Shown here piece by piece: positions 13,893-27,370 of a stretch of 64,000 bases of DNA. How positions within the stretch are numbered: the first letter of the stretch is position 1; each line of letters starts with the position of its first letter. The stretch is from NCBI GenBank assembly GCA_951406725.2, contig OX597826.1, forward strand, positions 42,780,001 to 42,844,000. The letters run 5' to 3'. The notes beneath the pieces are model-generated. The model worked only from the letters and a program-made list of their open reading frames with translations, did not search any database and was not told where the DNA came from. The DNA is from Octopus vulgaris (taxonomy: Eukaryota). The translations under genes and the position numbers were made by a program.

Positions 13893-15050
13893 TTGCAAGC
13901 CATATGCTACAGATGTGTCCTGGAGAGAAAGGCCACAGTACACAAGAACAAAATCCCCAGGGAGAGGAAAGTTCTTATGAAACAGCGTGCAAAAATTTCA
14001 AATAAGCTAAAGAAAAGAATTGAAAGCTGTGAAAAATCCCACCTGAAAATACAACTGCTGGAGATTGAAAAAAACCTGCAACTCTACCATGACAAAGAAA
14101 GAGTAGACAAAGAAGCCTGGGCTATAGACAATATAAAATCTAACCCCAGAGCCTTCAACAAGTTTGCTAAAGAAACAGCCTCAGTGCACTGCAGACTGGG
14201 GCCACTTCTTGAAAAAGATGGTTCATTCACAGGAAACCCAATAAGGATAAGTGAAATACTAAATTAGTAATTCAAAAGTGTTTTCACTCCACTCCTAGGA
14301 CACTTCCAAGTCAGCAATCTAGCTGACATTTTTTGCCACTGCAAATATAAAAACAGAGGCAGTGATGATTGATTACATCAATATAAAAGAAAACGATTAA
14401 ATACACTGGACCTGGAGGGACTGCAATCCCAAAGACACAGTTAGTGCGAGACCTGGGCATTTACATGAGTAATGATGCATCCTTCCATGTGCATGTTGCT
14501 AAATTGGCAATGAAATGCAGGCAGCTGACTAGATGGATTCTTAGAACTTTTAGAACAAGAGAGAGATCAGGAAACCATAATGGTCCTCTGGAGAACATTT
14601 GTCGTAAGCCACTCTGACTATTACGCCCAGCTACGGTCACCAGACAATGTAAAATTAATTGCAGAACTTGAGGCAATCCAATGAAGCTACACGAAGAAGG
14701 TAGCCTCTATGCAACATATAAGCTACTGGGAAAGACTCAAGAGATTGAGACTCTATTCCCTGCAGTGTAGGCAAGAAGGATATGCCATAATACACGTCTG
14801 GAAGATTCTAGAGGGACTTAACCCCAAACTTTGGCATTGAGAGTTACACTAATGCTAGAACAGGGCACTACTGCATAGTGCCAGAGACTCCAACTTTGCC
14901 ATCAAAATATCGGACTAGATGTTGCAACAGGCTGGGTTTTAAAAGCCCACAGCTCTTCAATATCTTTCTGAATGACCTGAAAGACCTACATGGGGTGACT
15001 GTAAATGTCTTCAAAATGAAACTAGATCTCTTACTGTCGAGTGTCCCGGA
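13893..15050 (+). mobile_element. Degenerate, internally deleted CR1/L2-like LINE, same family as 19140-20070
   Basis: NIKSNPRAFNKFAK...LGPLLEKDGSFT motif; 14410-15050 aligns by eye to the reverse complement of 19330-19970, with stops and frameshifts. Confidence 0.75.
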
Positions 15051-15119
15051 TATTTAACACTGTACATAATATAATTTGACATACAATAATGTGCAAGATC
15101 ATATAACAACCTTGACAAC

Positions 15120-16010
15120 AGTGTTAAAATGGTGACCTTTGAGCTGCAGTTTCATCTTGAGTAAGAGATGATAGCCTGCAGGTGCTAAATCTGGTGAATA
15201 GGATTGTTGCGGAAGTGATACCATGTTGTTTTTGGCAAGAAACTCACAAGTGAGGAGAGCTTGGTGACAGGGAGCATTGTTGTCATGAAGATGTGCTCCA
15301 CAGATCTGACTGCTTTCACTGAATGTCTTCCCTCAAATGCTCGAATTTTCAGTTGATGGTGGCCCTGGGGGATGAATGATGCACAATGCTGCGGATGTTG
15401 GGAAAAATGATGAGCATACTCTTGATTGAGCTGTGGCTCTGCCATGTCTTCTTTGGTTGTGCAGATGAATGTGCTGACTGCTGATTCATTTCAGGGTCAT
15501 ACTTGTAGACCCAACCCTTGTCACTGGTGACCATCCTCAACATGAAGGATAGGTCATCAGCAACATGCTGATGGAGATCTTGATAGGCATCAATGCAATG
15601 TGGTCAGCAGGCAGAGACATGCTGCATGTTCAATTCAGACATTATGATTGCTTGCACAGACCCATACAACAGACCAACAACATCAGCAATATTGTTGATT
15701 GTCTTCTGAAAATCCTCATACACAAGGTGATGAATTTTTTCCACATTTCCTGGGCTGACGCTCATTGCAGGTCTTCCAGATCACTCAGCGTCTTCCAGGG
15801 AAGATCTTCCGCTTTTGAAGCATCCATGCCACTTGAAGCATTGATTCCTTGCCATAAGCTTGCCAAAGCATGCTCAATGTCACTGTAGTAGACTTCCTAA
15901 GTTTAATGCAAAATTTCACATTGGCTCTTGGTTCCAACTTCCTGTCCATGATAAAATTGCAGACTACAGCATACACATGATCACAAAAACACAAATTTCA
16001 CAACTTGTGA
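15120..16010 (-). mobile_element. mariner transposase relic; related relic at ~3980-4640
   Basis: MDRKLEPRANVKFCIKLRKS...LWQAYG (HTH) and RMVTSDKGWVYKYDPEMNQQS (first-D motif), with frameshifts. Confidence 0.75.
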
Positions 16011-16015
16011 AGTAA

Positions 16016-16086
16016 GGGCATATGGCGTAGTGGTTAAAAGCACGGGCTACTAACACCAAGATTCCGAGATCGATTTCAAGCAGTGA

Positions 16087-16170
<84 letters not shown>

Positions 16171-16360
16171 TGATAATAATAGTAACAACATTGAAAAATA
16201 CCTTAGGAATGAGAACCCAGGTTCGAAATTTCCCCAAGGCACCTGATAAGGCTGGAGGGTATATCAGCCGAAATGTTGTGTTAACAACAAGCAAGATGGG
16301 GACAAATATCTGTCAAATGTAAATAATGTATCTAATTCCTCATATCTTAAATATAGAACT
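16016..16360 (+). mobile_element. tRNA-headed SINE with internal (AAT)n and a degenerate hammerhead motif near its 3' end
   Basis: A-box TGGCGTAGTGG (16023), B-box-like GAGATCGATTTC (16066), (AAT)n 16091-16180, then GGCAC-CTGATAA-GGCTG...CAGCC-GAAAT-GTT-GTGTT (16238-16282). Confidence 0.55.
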
Positions 16361-18788
16361 GCAAGACATTTCTTATTTCACTCAATCATAATTAGTCTGG
16401 GAATATTTAATAGACAACACGGCCAACACTGGAGTGTCTTTGATCATAAGTCCACTAGTTGAAGGATTACCTCTGACCTAGGGTTAATCAATGCCAACAA
16501 CATTAGTTTTAGTAGTATGTGCTAATACCAGTGGTGTAGGAAGCGTATGTGTCACCCAAGGGAGTAGTTGAATGGAATATCAGATAAAATCCTATGACAT
16601 AATCTCTGTAGAATGAAAGGTAAATTTGACTGTCATGAAAATTTAAATGGTGAAAAGTTATAAGAATATCCTCTGAGATAACTGTGGTAATAAATTATAA
16701 ATGGCATGTCATGCATTTCATTTGAACCTATTATAGAATAGTAAGCAAGCAACCATTATCTGAACGAGGTCACTAGAAATTCTTAATGTAAGGTATGACT
16801 AAATATAGTGAGGCATTTAATCCTCCCCCTAACAAGTTCGACTAGTCATTGTTCTGTACCTTTTCTTTCTTTCAGCTATGGTAATGATGATGAATTGTAA
16901 CCTAGGCATAAGACCAATCATTTAGGAAGGGTTGGGTATAGTGACTCTCAAATAGGATTAGATTAACCATAAAGCAAAATATGTTCTTAGAACACCAAAA
17001 GAAGGCAGTACCATAAATTTGAAATGTTTTGTATTGTCAGTGAATGATAAAAGTCACTGATAAAAAGCTACTCGTTTAACTAGAATAAATTCACAGGAAA
17101 AAAAAATGTCATCTTCCATTGAATACTATAAATGTCAATGTATTTAAACAATTGCTATTCTAAATCATTTATCAACTAATAATACATGTCCTGTACACAA
17201 AGCCTATTTAATTTATGTAATGGAATTACATGCATGTAAAAAAAACAATCATGTTTTATTTCATTTCTTAAAATAAAAGAATTAACCAAAAAAGATCATA
17301 AAGTCATTCATCTATTGAAGTATGTAACACAAACATGTTGAAGTAAATTTATACGGCATTATATCTCTTCTATCTTTTACTTGTTTCAGTCATTGGACTA
17401 CAGCCATGCTGGGGCACCCCTTTGAAGGGATTAATTGAATATATTGACCATGGACTTTTTTTTCATTTAAAGTCTGGTAGTTTTTCAGGTTGTCTCTTGC
17501 CAAACTGTGAATTTTACAGGGATGTAAACAAACTAGCACCTGTTGTCAAGTTAATGATGGGGAGGGAGGTGGTGGGGTAAACACAGACACAATCCACCCA
17601 CCCACACCTTTACACATATCTATGCAGGATGTATTTCCACAGTTTCTATCTACCAAATTCATGTACAAAGCATTGGTCAGCCTAGGCTTTAGCAGAATGT
17701 ATTTTAGGTCTCTCACAAAGGACCTTAATAATTAAGTAGGGTGATATGATCACAAATCATTGATTCTTACCCCTTCTTGAAGTGTATCTTAGACAAATGG
17801 AGCCACTTCTTCCTCTGTTGTTGGTAGTGGGGACACTTAGGTCACTGGTGGTCACTTACCCCTTCCCCCTTGATAACAAGCCAATTAACCCCTGTATTTT
17901 TCTGAAATCCCCTCCCACTGAACTGATTGAATGTACATTGTTTTGGTAAGCTCATTCTGCAACCGAACTAGTGGCAGAATCATTGAATATGTATGTTGCC
18001 ATGGGTTTTGAATTATTTAAAAAATTATTTTAAATGTCCTTGATTGTAAGATTCATGTATTCATCTGAAGAAAACGTTTTTTTTTTCTGTATCGCCTTAC
18101 TGGCACTTGTGCTGGTGGCACGTGAAAAAACATTCAAGCAAGGTCGTTGCCAGTGCCGCTGGACTGGCTCCTATGCAGGTGGCACATAAAAAGCACCATT
18201 TGAGCGTGGGCGCTGCCAGTACCACCTGACTGACCCTTGTGCTGGTGGCATGTAAAAGCACTCACTACACTCACGGAGTGGTTGGCATTAGGAAGGGCAT
18301 CCAGCTGTAGAAGCCTGCTGCAGCCATCTTGTTCACCAGTCCTCAGTCAAATCATCCAACCCATGCTAGCATGGAAAGCAGACGTTAAACAATGATGATG
18401 ATGATGATATATACATACATATATATATGTACAAATATATACCGTAAATTCCAGACTACAGAGCGTACCTGATTAAAAGCCGCATGCTCTAATTTTATAG
18501 AAAGAATATCAATTTTGTACTTGTACAGGCCACACTGGATTTTAAACTGCAGGTGTCCAACGTTGTAATATGAGATATTTACACAGAAAGATATTACATG
18601 TGAGAATTTTTTAACTTTTAATTTAATCCGTATGGTAACATAAGCAAACACATATTGCAAATGCTTTTTTTTTAACAGTGCCTATAACACGGCTACATTT
18701 AAATATACGTACGTATCAGTAACACTCAAATTATGTTGCTTATGCTTTTTTACTGAACAGTGCACGAACAACATTCGTCCTAATGACC

Positions 18789-18861
<73 letters not shown>

Positions 18862-18885
18862 AGATTGCTGTTATGTAATGGTATA

Positions 18886-20145
<1,260 letters not shown>

Positions 20146-20201
20146 TCATCATCATCGTTTAACATCTAGCATGGAGAACGGACGTTAAACGATGATGATG
20201 A

Positions 20202-20234
<33 letters not shown>

Positions 20235-20239
<5 letters not shown>

Positions 20240-20618
20240 ATATAAACGGCAGTTTGTCTGTGCGTTTTCTGTGTGTCTGTTTTCTCGTACCCTCACTCTG
20301 ACCCCGGCTTTCAACCGATTCTGATGAAACTTGACACACACATAGCCCAATGTCATAATTCAAAACTAACGCAGCGAAAATTTTGAAAAGTTCCCCCAGT
20401 TCTGAAAAAAATCGATAAATTCGACATGGGGTCGAGAATAAAAAAAAAAACAAACCACAGACTGTCTAGGGGACGCAACTCAACCTTTTTTTACTCTCAA
20501 AAAAAAATTTACCGTCATTTTTTTTCCATTTTTTTGCTATTTTTTGGCTATAACTCTCTAAAAATGCTTTATAGTTATTTCCCTTACAAACCTGAGCAAC
20601 GCCGGGCGATACTGCTAG
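20235..20618 (+). mobile_element. Non-autonomous Helitron-like element; related 5' pieces at ~13050-13460 and ~26277-26540
   Basis: 5' TC, 3' GC-rich hairpin-like CCTGAGCAACGCCGGG followed by CTAG|T, inserted between A and T in (TA)n, no TSD. Confidence 0.65.
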
Positions 20619-20662
20619 TATATATATATATATACACACACTCCAGTCTCCCAGGTCAAAAG

Positions 20663-21849
20663 TCATTGATCGCCTTCTTCATCTTCTTCCTGCGCACTGA
20701 AGCCATCAAAGTCTTCTTCTTCTGTGTATGAATTGAACAGCCTCAGGATCTCATCACTCACTTCAGCCTCTTCGTTGTCACTCTCACTTGAGCACACCGG
20801 GTCCTCTTCATCATGCAGCAGTTCAGCTTTTCGAAACCCGTTGGTGATGGTGGATGTTTTGACATAGCTCCACGCATTTAGGATCCACTGGCAGACTTGA
20901 GTGAAAGATGCTCTTCGCATGTGACCTGTTTTGGTGAAGGATTTCTTGCCGCTCATCATCCAGTCCTCCCACTCACGGTGCAGTGCCACTTTAAATGCCT
21001 GGTTCACGCTGATGTCCAGTGGATGCAAATACTTGGTGGTTCCCCCAGGAATCACAGCTGGTATTAAGTTTGCACTTTTGATAGTAGCTTTCACTGAATC
21101 TGTTATATGGGCCCTCATGCTGTCCATAATGAGCAATGCTTTTTTTTTGTGAAAAAATCCCTCAGGTCGCTTGGCGTAGCACTCTCTGAGCCAATTCTTC
21201 ATTAGGCTCTCCATCATCCAACCTTTCTTAGTGACTTTCACCACGGTTTGTTTTGGGAATTTTTCCTTTGGCATTGTCAGTCGCTTAAAAATCACCATTG
21301 GTGGAAGCTTTAGTCCGGATGCTGTGCAGCTCAGAACACAGGTAAAATACATTCTCTCATGGCCACTTGTTTTCAGTGTGATGGACGAGTCACCTTTTTT
21401 ATTAACAATCTGAGTAAGAGGCAGGTCAAACGTCAAAGGTACTGCTGACACAAAGTCGTGCTTGCCCTGACGGACAGGCCTTTTCTTCTCATAAATCTAA
21501 AACACCACGACAGCCCACCTCTAAAATCTTTGATTTTCATTTCGGTGGCAATTGTTTTAGCCTTCAGTCTGATCTGCACAGTGGAAACACTGCAGCTGCT
21601 TGCTCTCTGTGTGTTAACCCAGTCTTCAAGAAAGTTTTCAAGTTCGGGCTATCTGCTATGGTTACCTCTGAAAGCTTTTGTCATCTTTTTGCACTGACTC
21701 AGTTCTTCCTGCTGGCGTCTCCACCATCTCAGCATCAATTCATTTATGCCAAGTTTACGTGCAGCAGCTCAATTTCCTTCTTCAACCGCCAGATTTATTG
21801 CTTTCAACTTAAAAGCTGCATCATATGCTTTTCTTTGAGTGTTTTCCAT
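20663..21849 (-). pseudogene. pogo-type transposase pseudogene (Brinker-like DBD, CENP-B HTH, DDE_1)
   Basis: ATG at 21849: MENTQRKAYDAAFKLKAI...GN*AAARKLG...SR*PELE...FRGGLSWCFRFMRRKGLS. An internal deletion near 21445 removes the first catalytic D. Then LIMDSMRAH...YLHPLDISVN (35 residues between D2 and D3) and an acidic tail. Confidence 0.85.
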
Positions 21850-22384
21850 GTTGATAAGGGTGAATACAAATGACAGCTTTACAATACCAGTAATTGAATT
21901 GTGAAAGTGCTCTTGATTTATCGCACAATTTCATTGAATCTCTGTGACCTACTCATCAATTTGATTGGTCTATGTTACAAGGCAAAATGTTTTTCATGGC
22001 ATGACAAAAAAAACATGCATTATCTGCACCATAGTATTGGCCACAATGTTCAAAGTGTGGGTGGAAAAGTAGCAGACATACAGACACTAGCACTCATTAT
22101 TGTTGTTTGTTCCTTCTCAAGCCATGCCTGGCTCATAAGGGCCAGTTTCCCGGTTTCATTGGCATATAGGTTCCCCACTTGGAAGGGACACCTGTCCTTT
22201 GCAGGTGAACTGCTAGCGACAGGAGGAAAGAGTGAGAGAAAGTTGTGGTGAAAGAGTCAGCAATGGTTCGCCATCACCTTCCGCCAGAGACACGTGGAGC
22301 TTAGGTGTTTCACTCATAACCACATTCATCACCCAGTCAGAGATTTGAACCTACGATCCCTTGACTGTGAGTCTGCTGCGCTAT

Positions 22385-22790
22385 CATCATAATCATTGTT
22401 CGACCATGGTCAAGACAATGGAATTTACCATGCTACGCCAGACTTCACGGTCCATCATAGCATTACGGAGGTCCTGTTGCTGGATGCCTGTATCTCTGGA
22501 GATTTCATCAGGGTAGGAGAGTGTGCACCCTCTGGTATTGCGAGTAGATGGCTTCCAGAGGAGAAGAGTAGAAATTGCCTCGTTTTCAGCTCTACAACAA
22601 TGTCCAGCAAACTGGACTCTCCTACCTTTCACAAGAGATGACACAGGTGGTAGTTTCCCATATATTTGCATTTTGGTTGGATGACGCTTCCACGAGAGAT
22701 TTTGAGCTTTCATAAGGAGGCGAGTGTAGGTTCTATCCAACCGCCTTTCAAGCTTCTTTGATAACGTCCAGGTTTCAAAGAAGAAGAAGC
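22385..22790 (-). mobile_element. RTE-like LINE 3' end inserted into a SINE
   Basis: LSWKRHPTKMQIYGKLPPVSSLVKGRRVQFAGHC; flanked by near-duplicated CTGCTGCGCTA / CCGCTGCTCTA (candidate TSD) within SINE 22100-22825. Confidence 0.78.
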
Positions 22791-22857
22791 CGCTGCTCTA
22801 ACCACTAGGCCATGTGCCTCCACACACTCACTATTAGTCAATATTTATTATTTTCTG

Positions 22858-23400
22858 TATGAGGGCATTCACTAAAACAATTAAGAGCATGACTGATCTT
22901 GACCGTTGGGACTGCCTAAAAGCATTGAAACTCTATTCTCTCCAGTGCCGCCAAGAACATTACATCATTTGCACAATGTGGAGAATATCCACCAGTATTG
23001 CCCAAATGACCTTAACATTAGTTTCAGAATTCATCCAAGGCTAGGACCATGGGCCATATGCCCCTACCCAATTCGGGATCACAACATATAAATACTCTGC
23101 AACACAATTTCTTTTCCTCAACAGGCCCTGCCCTATTTAACATTGTCCCAAAATAGATCAAAGAGGAAAAGGATCCCATCACCTTTAAATGGAATCTGGA
23201 CAAATTTCTTCAAGGAATATCAGATAAGCCACCTATACCTGGATGCAATTCACTCAACAAGAACTCCCTTCTTGAATGGGCCATGATACCACAAAACTTG
23301 ACTTCAAAAGGATTTAGCTAATCCTATCAGGTGGGGCTGTTAAGTTAGACATGGCCTGGACCAATCTTTGGTCAAAACATATCTAAATTATATAAGTTAT
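22858..23400 (+). mobile_element. Degenerate CR1/L2-like LINE 3' end
   Basis: RAFTKTI...WDCLKALKLYSLQCRQE, GPALFNIVP, LDKFLQGISDKP motifs. Confidence 0.65.
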
Positions 23401-23925
23401 CTAATATACTTTGTGTGTATTCTTGTTTTTTATGACAGCATGTACTCAAAGTTGTGAATTGAATACCTTGTTTTGATAACCTGAAATTTCTTTTGCTTCG
23501 TTTGTGTCTATGCATTTTATTATATTAAACCACACAGTGTATTTTATTACACTTCACTGCACTGTCATACTACTCTATGCTGAAGGTAATACAGGTAAAT
23601 CTGACACATTTCCATGTCTGCCATGTAGGTTTAAATATATTACATCATACTTTGATTACTGGGTTTCTTGTCAAGGCTTCTGATATTAAACAAAGCATTG
23701 AACATTTGTAGTATGCAAATTAGTAGTCCTGGTTCTGGAGCTACTAGAGTTGATCTATGTATATATAAATGAATTGGTTGCTCTGGGTTTGATTGAGTGA
23801 TATTGGTAACCTCAATAAGAGACCCCAATAACTGCTAAAAATAAATTTAGGAATTTCATTATTTTTTCGATCCATGGAGTAATAAGTGAGTTTGACATGT
23901 TTGTGTGTCTTTTATGAGAGCCAAG

Positions 23926-23972
<47 letters not shown>

Positions 23973-24189
23973 GGCTTGCAGCATATCCTGTGCATACATT
24001 TTAGTAATAGTAATGTAGCACTCAACAGATGTGTAGTGCTTGCTATTAAGTGGTGTTTTACTATAAGCACCAAGCATTCCACCTATAGAGCAGGCTACAG
24101 TAAGGTAGCCACACAATTTTGTGACCTATTTCTACATACAGGATAATATGATACCTTGACCCACAAATGTCCTGCTGTTCGTGAAATAT

Positions 24190-24290
24190 TAGGGTCAACT
24201 TAAATAGGATCTATGGAAAATTTTCCAACTTTTGGGCTAAAAATAGGGTGTCACATTTACATGAAATCACCTATTACTCGAGTATATACA

Positions 24291-24293
<3 letters not shown>
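24190..24293. mobile_element. pogo/Tigger-like terminal fragment
   Basis: Ends TACTCGAGTATATACAG|TA, resembling pogo-family termini. Confidence 0.45.
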
Positions 24294-24331
<38 letters not shown>

Positions 24332-24469
24332 TACAAAATGGGATAACATATATCCAATATACTGCTAGTGAAGTACCCAACAAAGTTAATACATAAATGT
24401 TAAGGATTGCGGTGCAATCAATTCATTTACTGTATTATATGGGCAAAGGTAAAATGATTTGCCACAAAT

Positions 24470-25560
24470 TACTAATACAAGATAAGAAAATGGAGAAATA
24501 CATCTAAATCAAATATCAATTACCAGATAATACTCAATCACATACTTTATTAAACCACCACATAAGAGACTGTAGGGTTAAACATAAAAAAGCAGAACAA
24601 ATCAGTGTACATAAAAGAATGTACATAAAAAAGTGTACATAAAAGAGTAATGTTGTATAATAAGTAGAATATATATAAAAGAGAATATAAATATAAGTAT
24701 AGATTACATCTTACAGCTGTTTCAGCCATGTAGATAAGTATGTCTCATTTTACCAATATTAGCCTTTTATGGTAGGTCAATATATAGATATAAATGAGAC
24801 ATTTACAAAAATATCATAAGGCCTCTTCGGAGATTATGTGATATAAAACAGTCTACATATATACCCACATGGGTGTGGGTACATACCCATAATACAACAT
24901 ATACATATACATATGAGTGCATATACTCACACTCCTATACATATAAAAATATACATATACATAATGATGTAAATAAATAATATAAATTAATAAACATATA
25001 TATGTTCCACATTCAATGTTTCAGTTTTTCAACTTAGTATTGTGATAATAAACATACACATATTAGTACCTAGATGCAAATATACATAGTCAATAGTACA
25101 TTATATTACTTCCTACTAATTTCTAAAATGTCATTAAAGTTAGCATCATATTGACCTACCATTAAAGGCTAATATTGGTAAAATGAGACATACTTATCTA
25201 CATGGCCGAAACAGCTGTAAGATGTAATCTATACTTATATTTATATTTACTTATATTTATATTCTCTTTTATATATATTCTACTTATTATAAAACATTAC
25301 TCTTTTATGTACACTTTTTTATGTACAGCCTTCTGGCTTCACAGACCCCAGTAGAACCGTCCAACCCATGCTAGCATGGAAAACGGACGCTAAACGATGA
25401 TGATGATGATGATGATTCTTTTATGTACACTGATTTGTTCTGCTTTTTTATGTTTAACCCTACAGTCTCTTATGTGGTGGTTTAATAAAGTATGTGATTG
25501 AGTATTATCTGGTAATTGATGTTTGATTTAGATGTATTTCTCCATTTTCTTATCTTGTAT
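24470..25560. mobile_element. Penelope-like element end: ~310-bp inverted repeat carrying a hammerhead; right arm interrupted by an RTE 3' tail
   Basis: ~24475-24783 is the reverse complement of ~25148-25560; an ~88-bp (GAT)n-tailed insertion at ~25328-25415 occurs only in the right arm; flanked by (TA)n. Family assignment is inferred from the inverted pseudo-LTR + hammerhead architecture. Confidence 0.6.
24708..24834 (-). ncRNA. Hammerhead-like motif with CCGAAGA core and branched stem II
   Basis: Minus strand ATCT-CCGAAGA-GGCC...(ATGTCTCATTT/AAATGAGACAT hairpin)...GGCT-GAAAC-AGCT-GTA-AGAT. Confidence 0.55.
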
Positions 25561-25604
25561 ATATATATATATAGATATATATATATATGTCAGGTTAGTT
25601 TTGA

Positions 25605-26200
25605 GTGCTACTAGTAACATGTAACCCAGTACAACCTGTTGCATGGTCGGGCCGTTAGCGACTAAACCGGCAACCCCACCAAACTTACTTGATGAGGAAG
25701 GTGTTTATTGGACACTCTGTGAGATGAAAAACAAAACCTGTCAAAGGGTGGAAAAACTCTTGAGAGTCAATGGCCATCCAATAAATGTGTAATTATATAT
25801 ATATATTTACTGTATATCTGTCTTTTTTTATATATATGTTTCTCTCTCTCTTTTTTTTTTTACACCTTATATAACATCTTATCCAGCCTAAGGCTGTATC
25901 ACGCGCGGGGACATAGAAATAATTGGACTGAATACCTGATCGCACGGTTAAACCATTGGGAGTGAAGGACCCCTAGCCTTTGTTAGGGCATCCTTCTAGA
26001 AGATGGCAACTCAGGTAACTGGGATAACTCTGACATAAAACCTGCGGCTCAGTGGTTACCGATGTTGTTGACTTGTTCTTCTTTTTGGATTATGGCTGCT
26101 GTTGCTTAGTGAGTGGGATTGACTCAGTGCACAGCCATTCCTCACTTTAAAAAAAATCTTCTTGCACAGGCATTGCATGATAACAAGTTAAGCTTCGTGC
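25605..26200 (+). mobile_element. Possible RTE-type 5' UTR fragments
   Basis: GC-richer segments between microsatellites, with TAGGGCATCC...AGAAGATGGCAACTC...AACTCTGACATAAAACC resembling RTE 5' leaders. Recognition only. Confidence 0.3.
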
Positions 26201-26228
26201 AATGGCCATACTCGATAATAAGGGGGCA

Positions 26229-26272
<44 letters not shown>

Positions 26273-27072
26273 AACAATCTATGATATAAAACCCGTTCTG
26301 TCTGTCTGTGTATGTGTCTTCTAGGATCTCGGGCATCCTCCATCCAATTGTGCTCAAATTTGATATGTAGATACTGACGGTATCAGGGCATGTATAAGTC
26401 TTGAAAAAATGACAAAAATCGATTCCAGGTGAGAATGCGATCGATAAAGCAGTGGAAATGTGCATTTGTATGCGCAAGTACACCAGCTGTTGCATACTGT
26501 TTAAATCATGTTTGTGTTCTCCCAGTCAATATAAATTATATATATATATATATATTATAGTAGAGTATTGATTATTTTCCTACTTTGTGTAGTACTACAT
26601 ATGGAAGAGCGTGAATGATTGGACTGGTCGAGTCAGGTACTTAACACTAAAAGTACTGAGCAGTCATTTATGACTACGTTTGCTTTTTACTTTTTAATTT
26701 CCATGACTGTATTGAATGCACAATCATGAGCATTATTTTATATAAGCATAGAAGTGGCTATGTGGCAAGTAGCTTGCTTACGAACCACATAGTTCCGGCT
26801 TCAGTCCCACTGCGTGGCACCTTGGGCAAGTGTCTTCTACTATAGCCTCAGGCCAACAAAAGCCTTGTGAGTGGATTTGGTAGATGGAAACTGAAAGAAG
26901 CCCGTTGTATATATGTATATATATATATGAACTTAGCAGTTTGGCAAAAGAGACCGATAGAATATGTACTAGGCTTACAAAGAATAAGTCCTGGGGTTGA
27001 TTTGCTTGACTAAAGGAGGTGCTCCAGCATGGCCACAGTCAAATGACTGAAACAAGTAAAAGAGTATACATG

Positions 27073-27115
<43 letters not shown>

Positions 27116-27142
27116 AATAAGCAACAAGGATATCCAGAGGTA

Positions 27143-27230
27143 ATGCAGTATGATCGTTTCAAGCAACTCCGTTTAATTGAACAATGCAATCATTACATCA
27201 ATTTAAATGCAGAGCAATCCTCAGCTGCAT
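27143..27230 (-). ncRNA. Hammerhead motif in left arm of inverted repeat (triplet changed to AUA)
   Basis: Minus strand ATGCAG-CTGAGGA-...-GAAAC-GATC-ATA-CTGCAT; 6-bp stem I. Confidence 0.6.
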
Positions 27231-27370
27231 AAAGACATAGAATTTAATTAAATTAAAACAGATAGACACATTAGTATAATTTTACCTAAAATCTCCAAGA
27301 AGGTAAAGAGATAGACAAAGAACTTCAGCTTAGAAGCCTCTGTTTTAATTTAACTAAATTCTATGTCTTT

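Noticed and set aside
16016-16090. tRNA gene
   Set aside because: Acceptor and T stems do not pair properly and it runs into (AAT)n and a repeat body; treated as a SINE head. The same applies to the other A/B-box heads.
20326-20340. CTGATGAAAC
   Set aside because: No stem II; part of the Helitron-like repeat body.
26593-26636. Possible micro-exon YYIWKSVNDWTGRV (TAG...AG|GTACTT)
   Set aside because: Plausible splice signals, but no partner exons or recognisable homology, and it lies next to a Helitron-like repeat.
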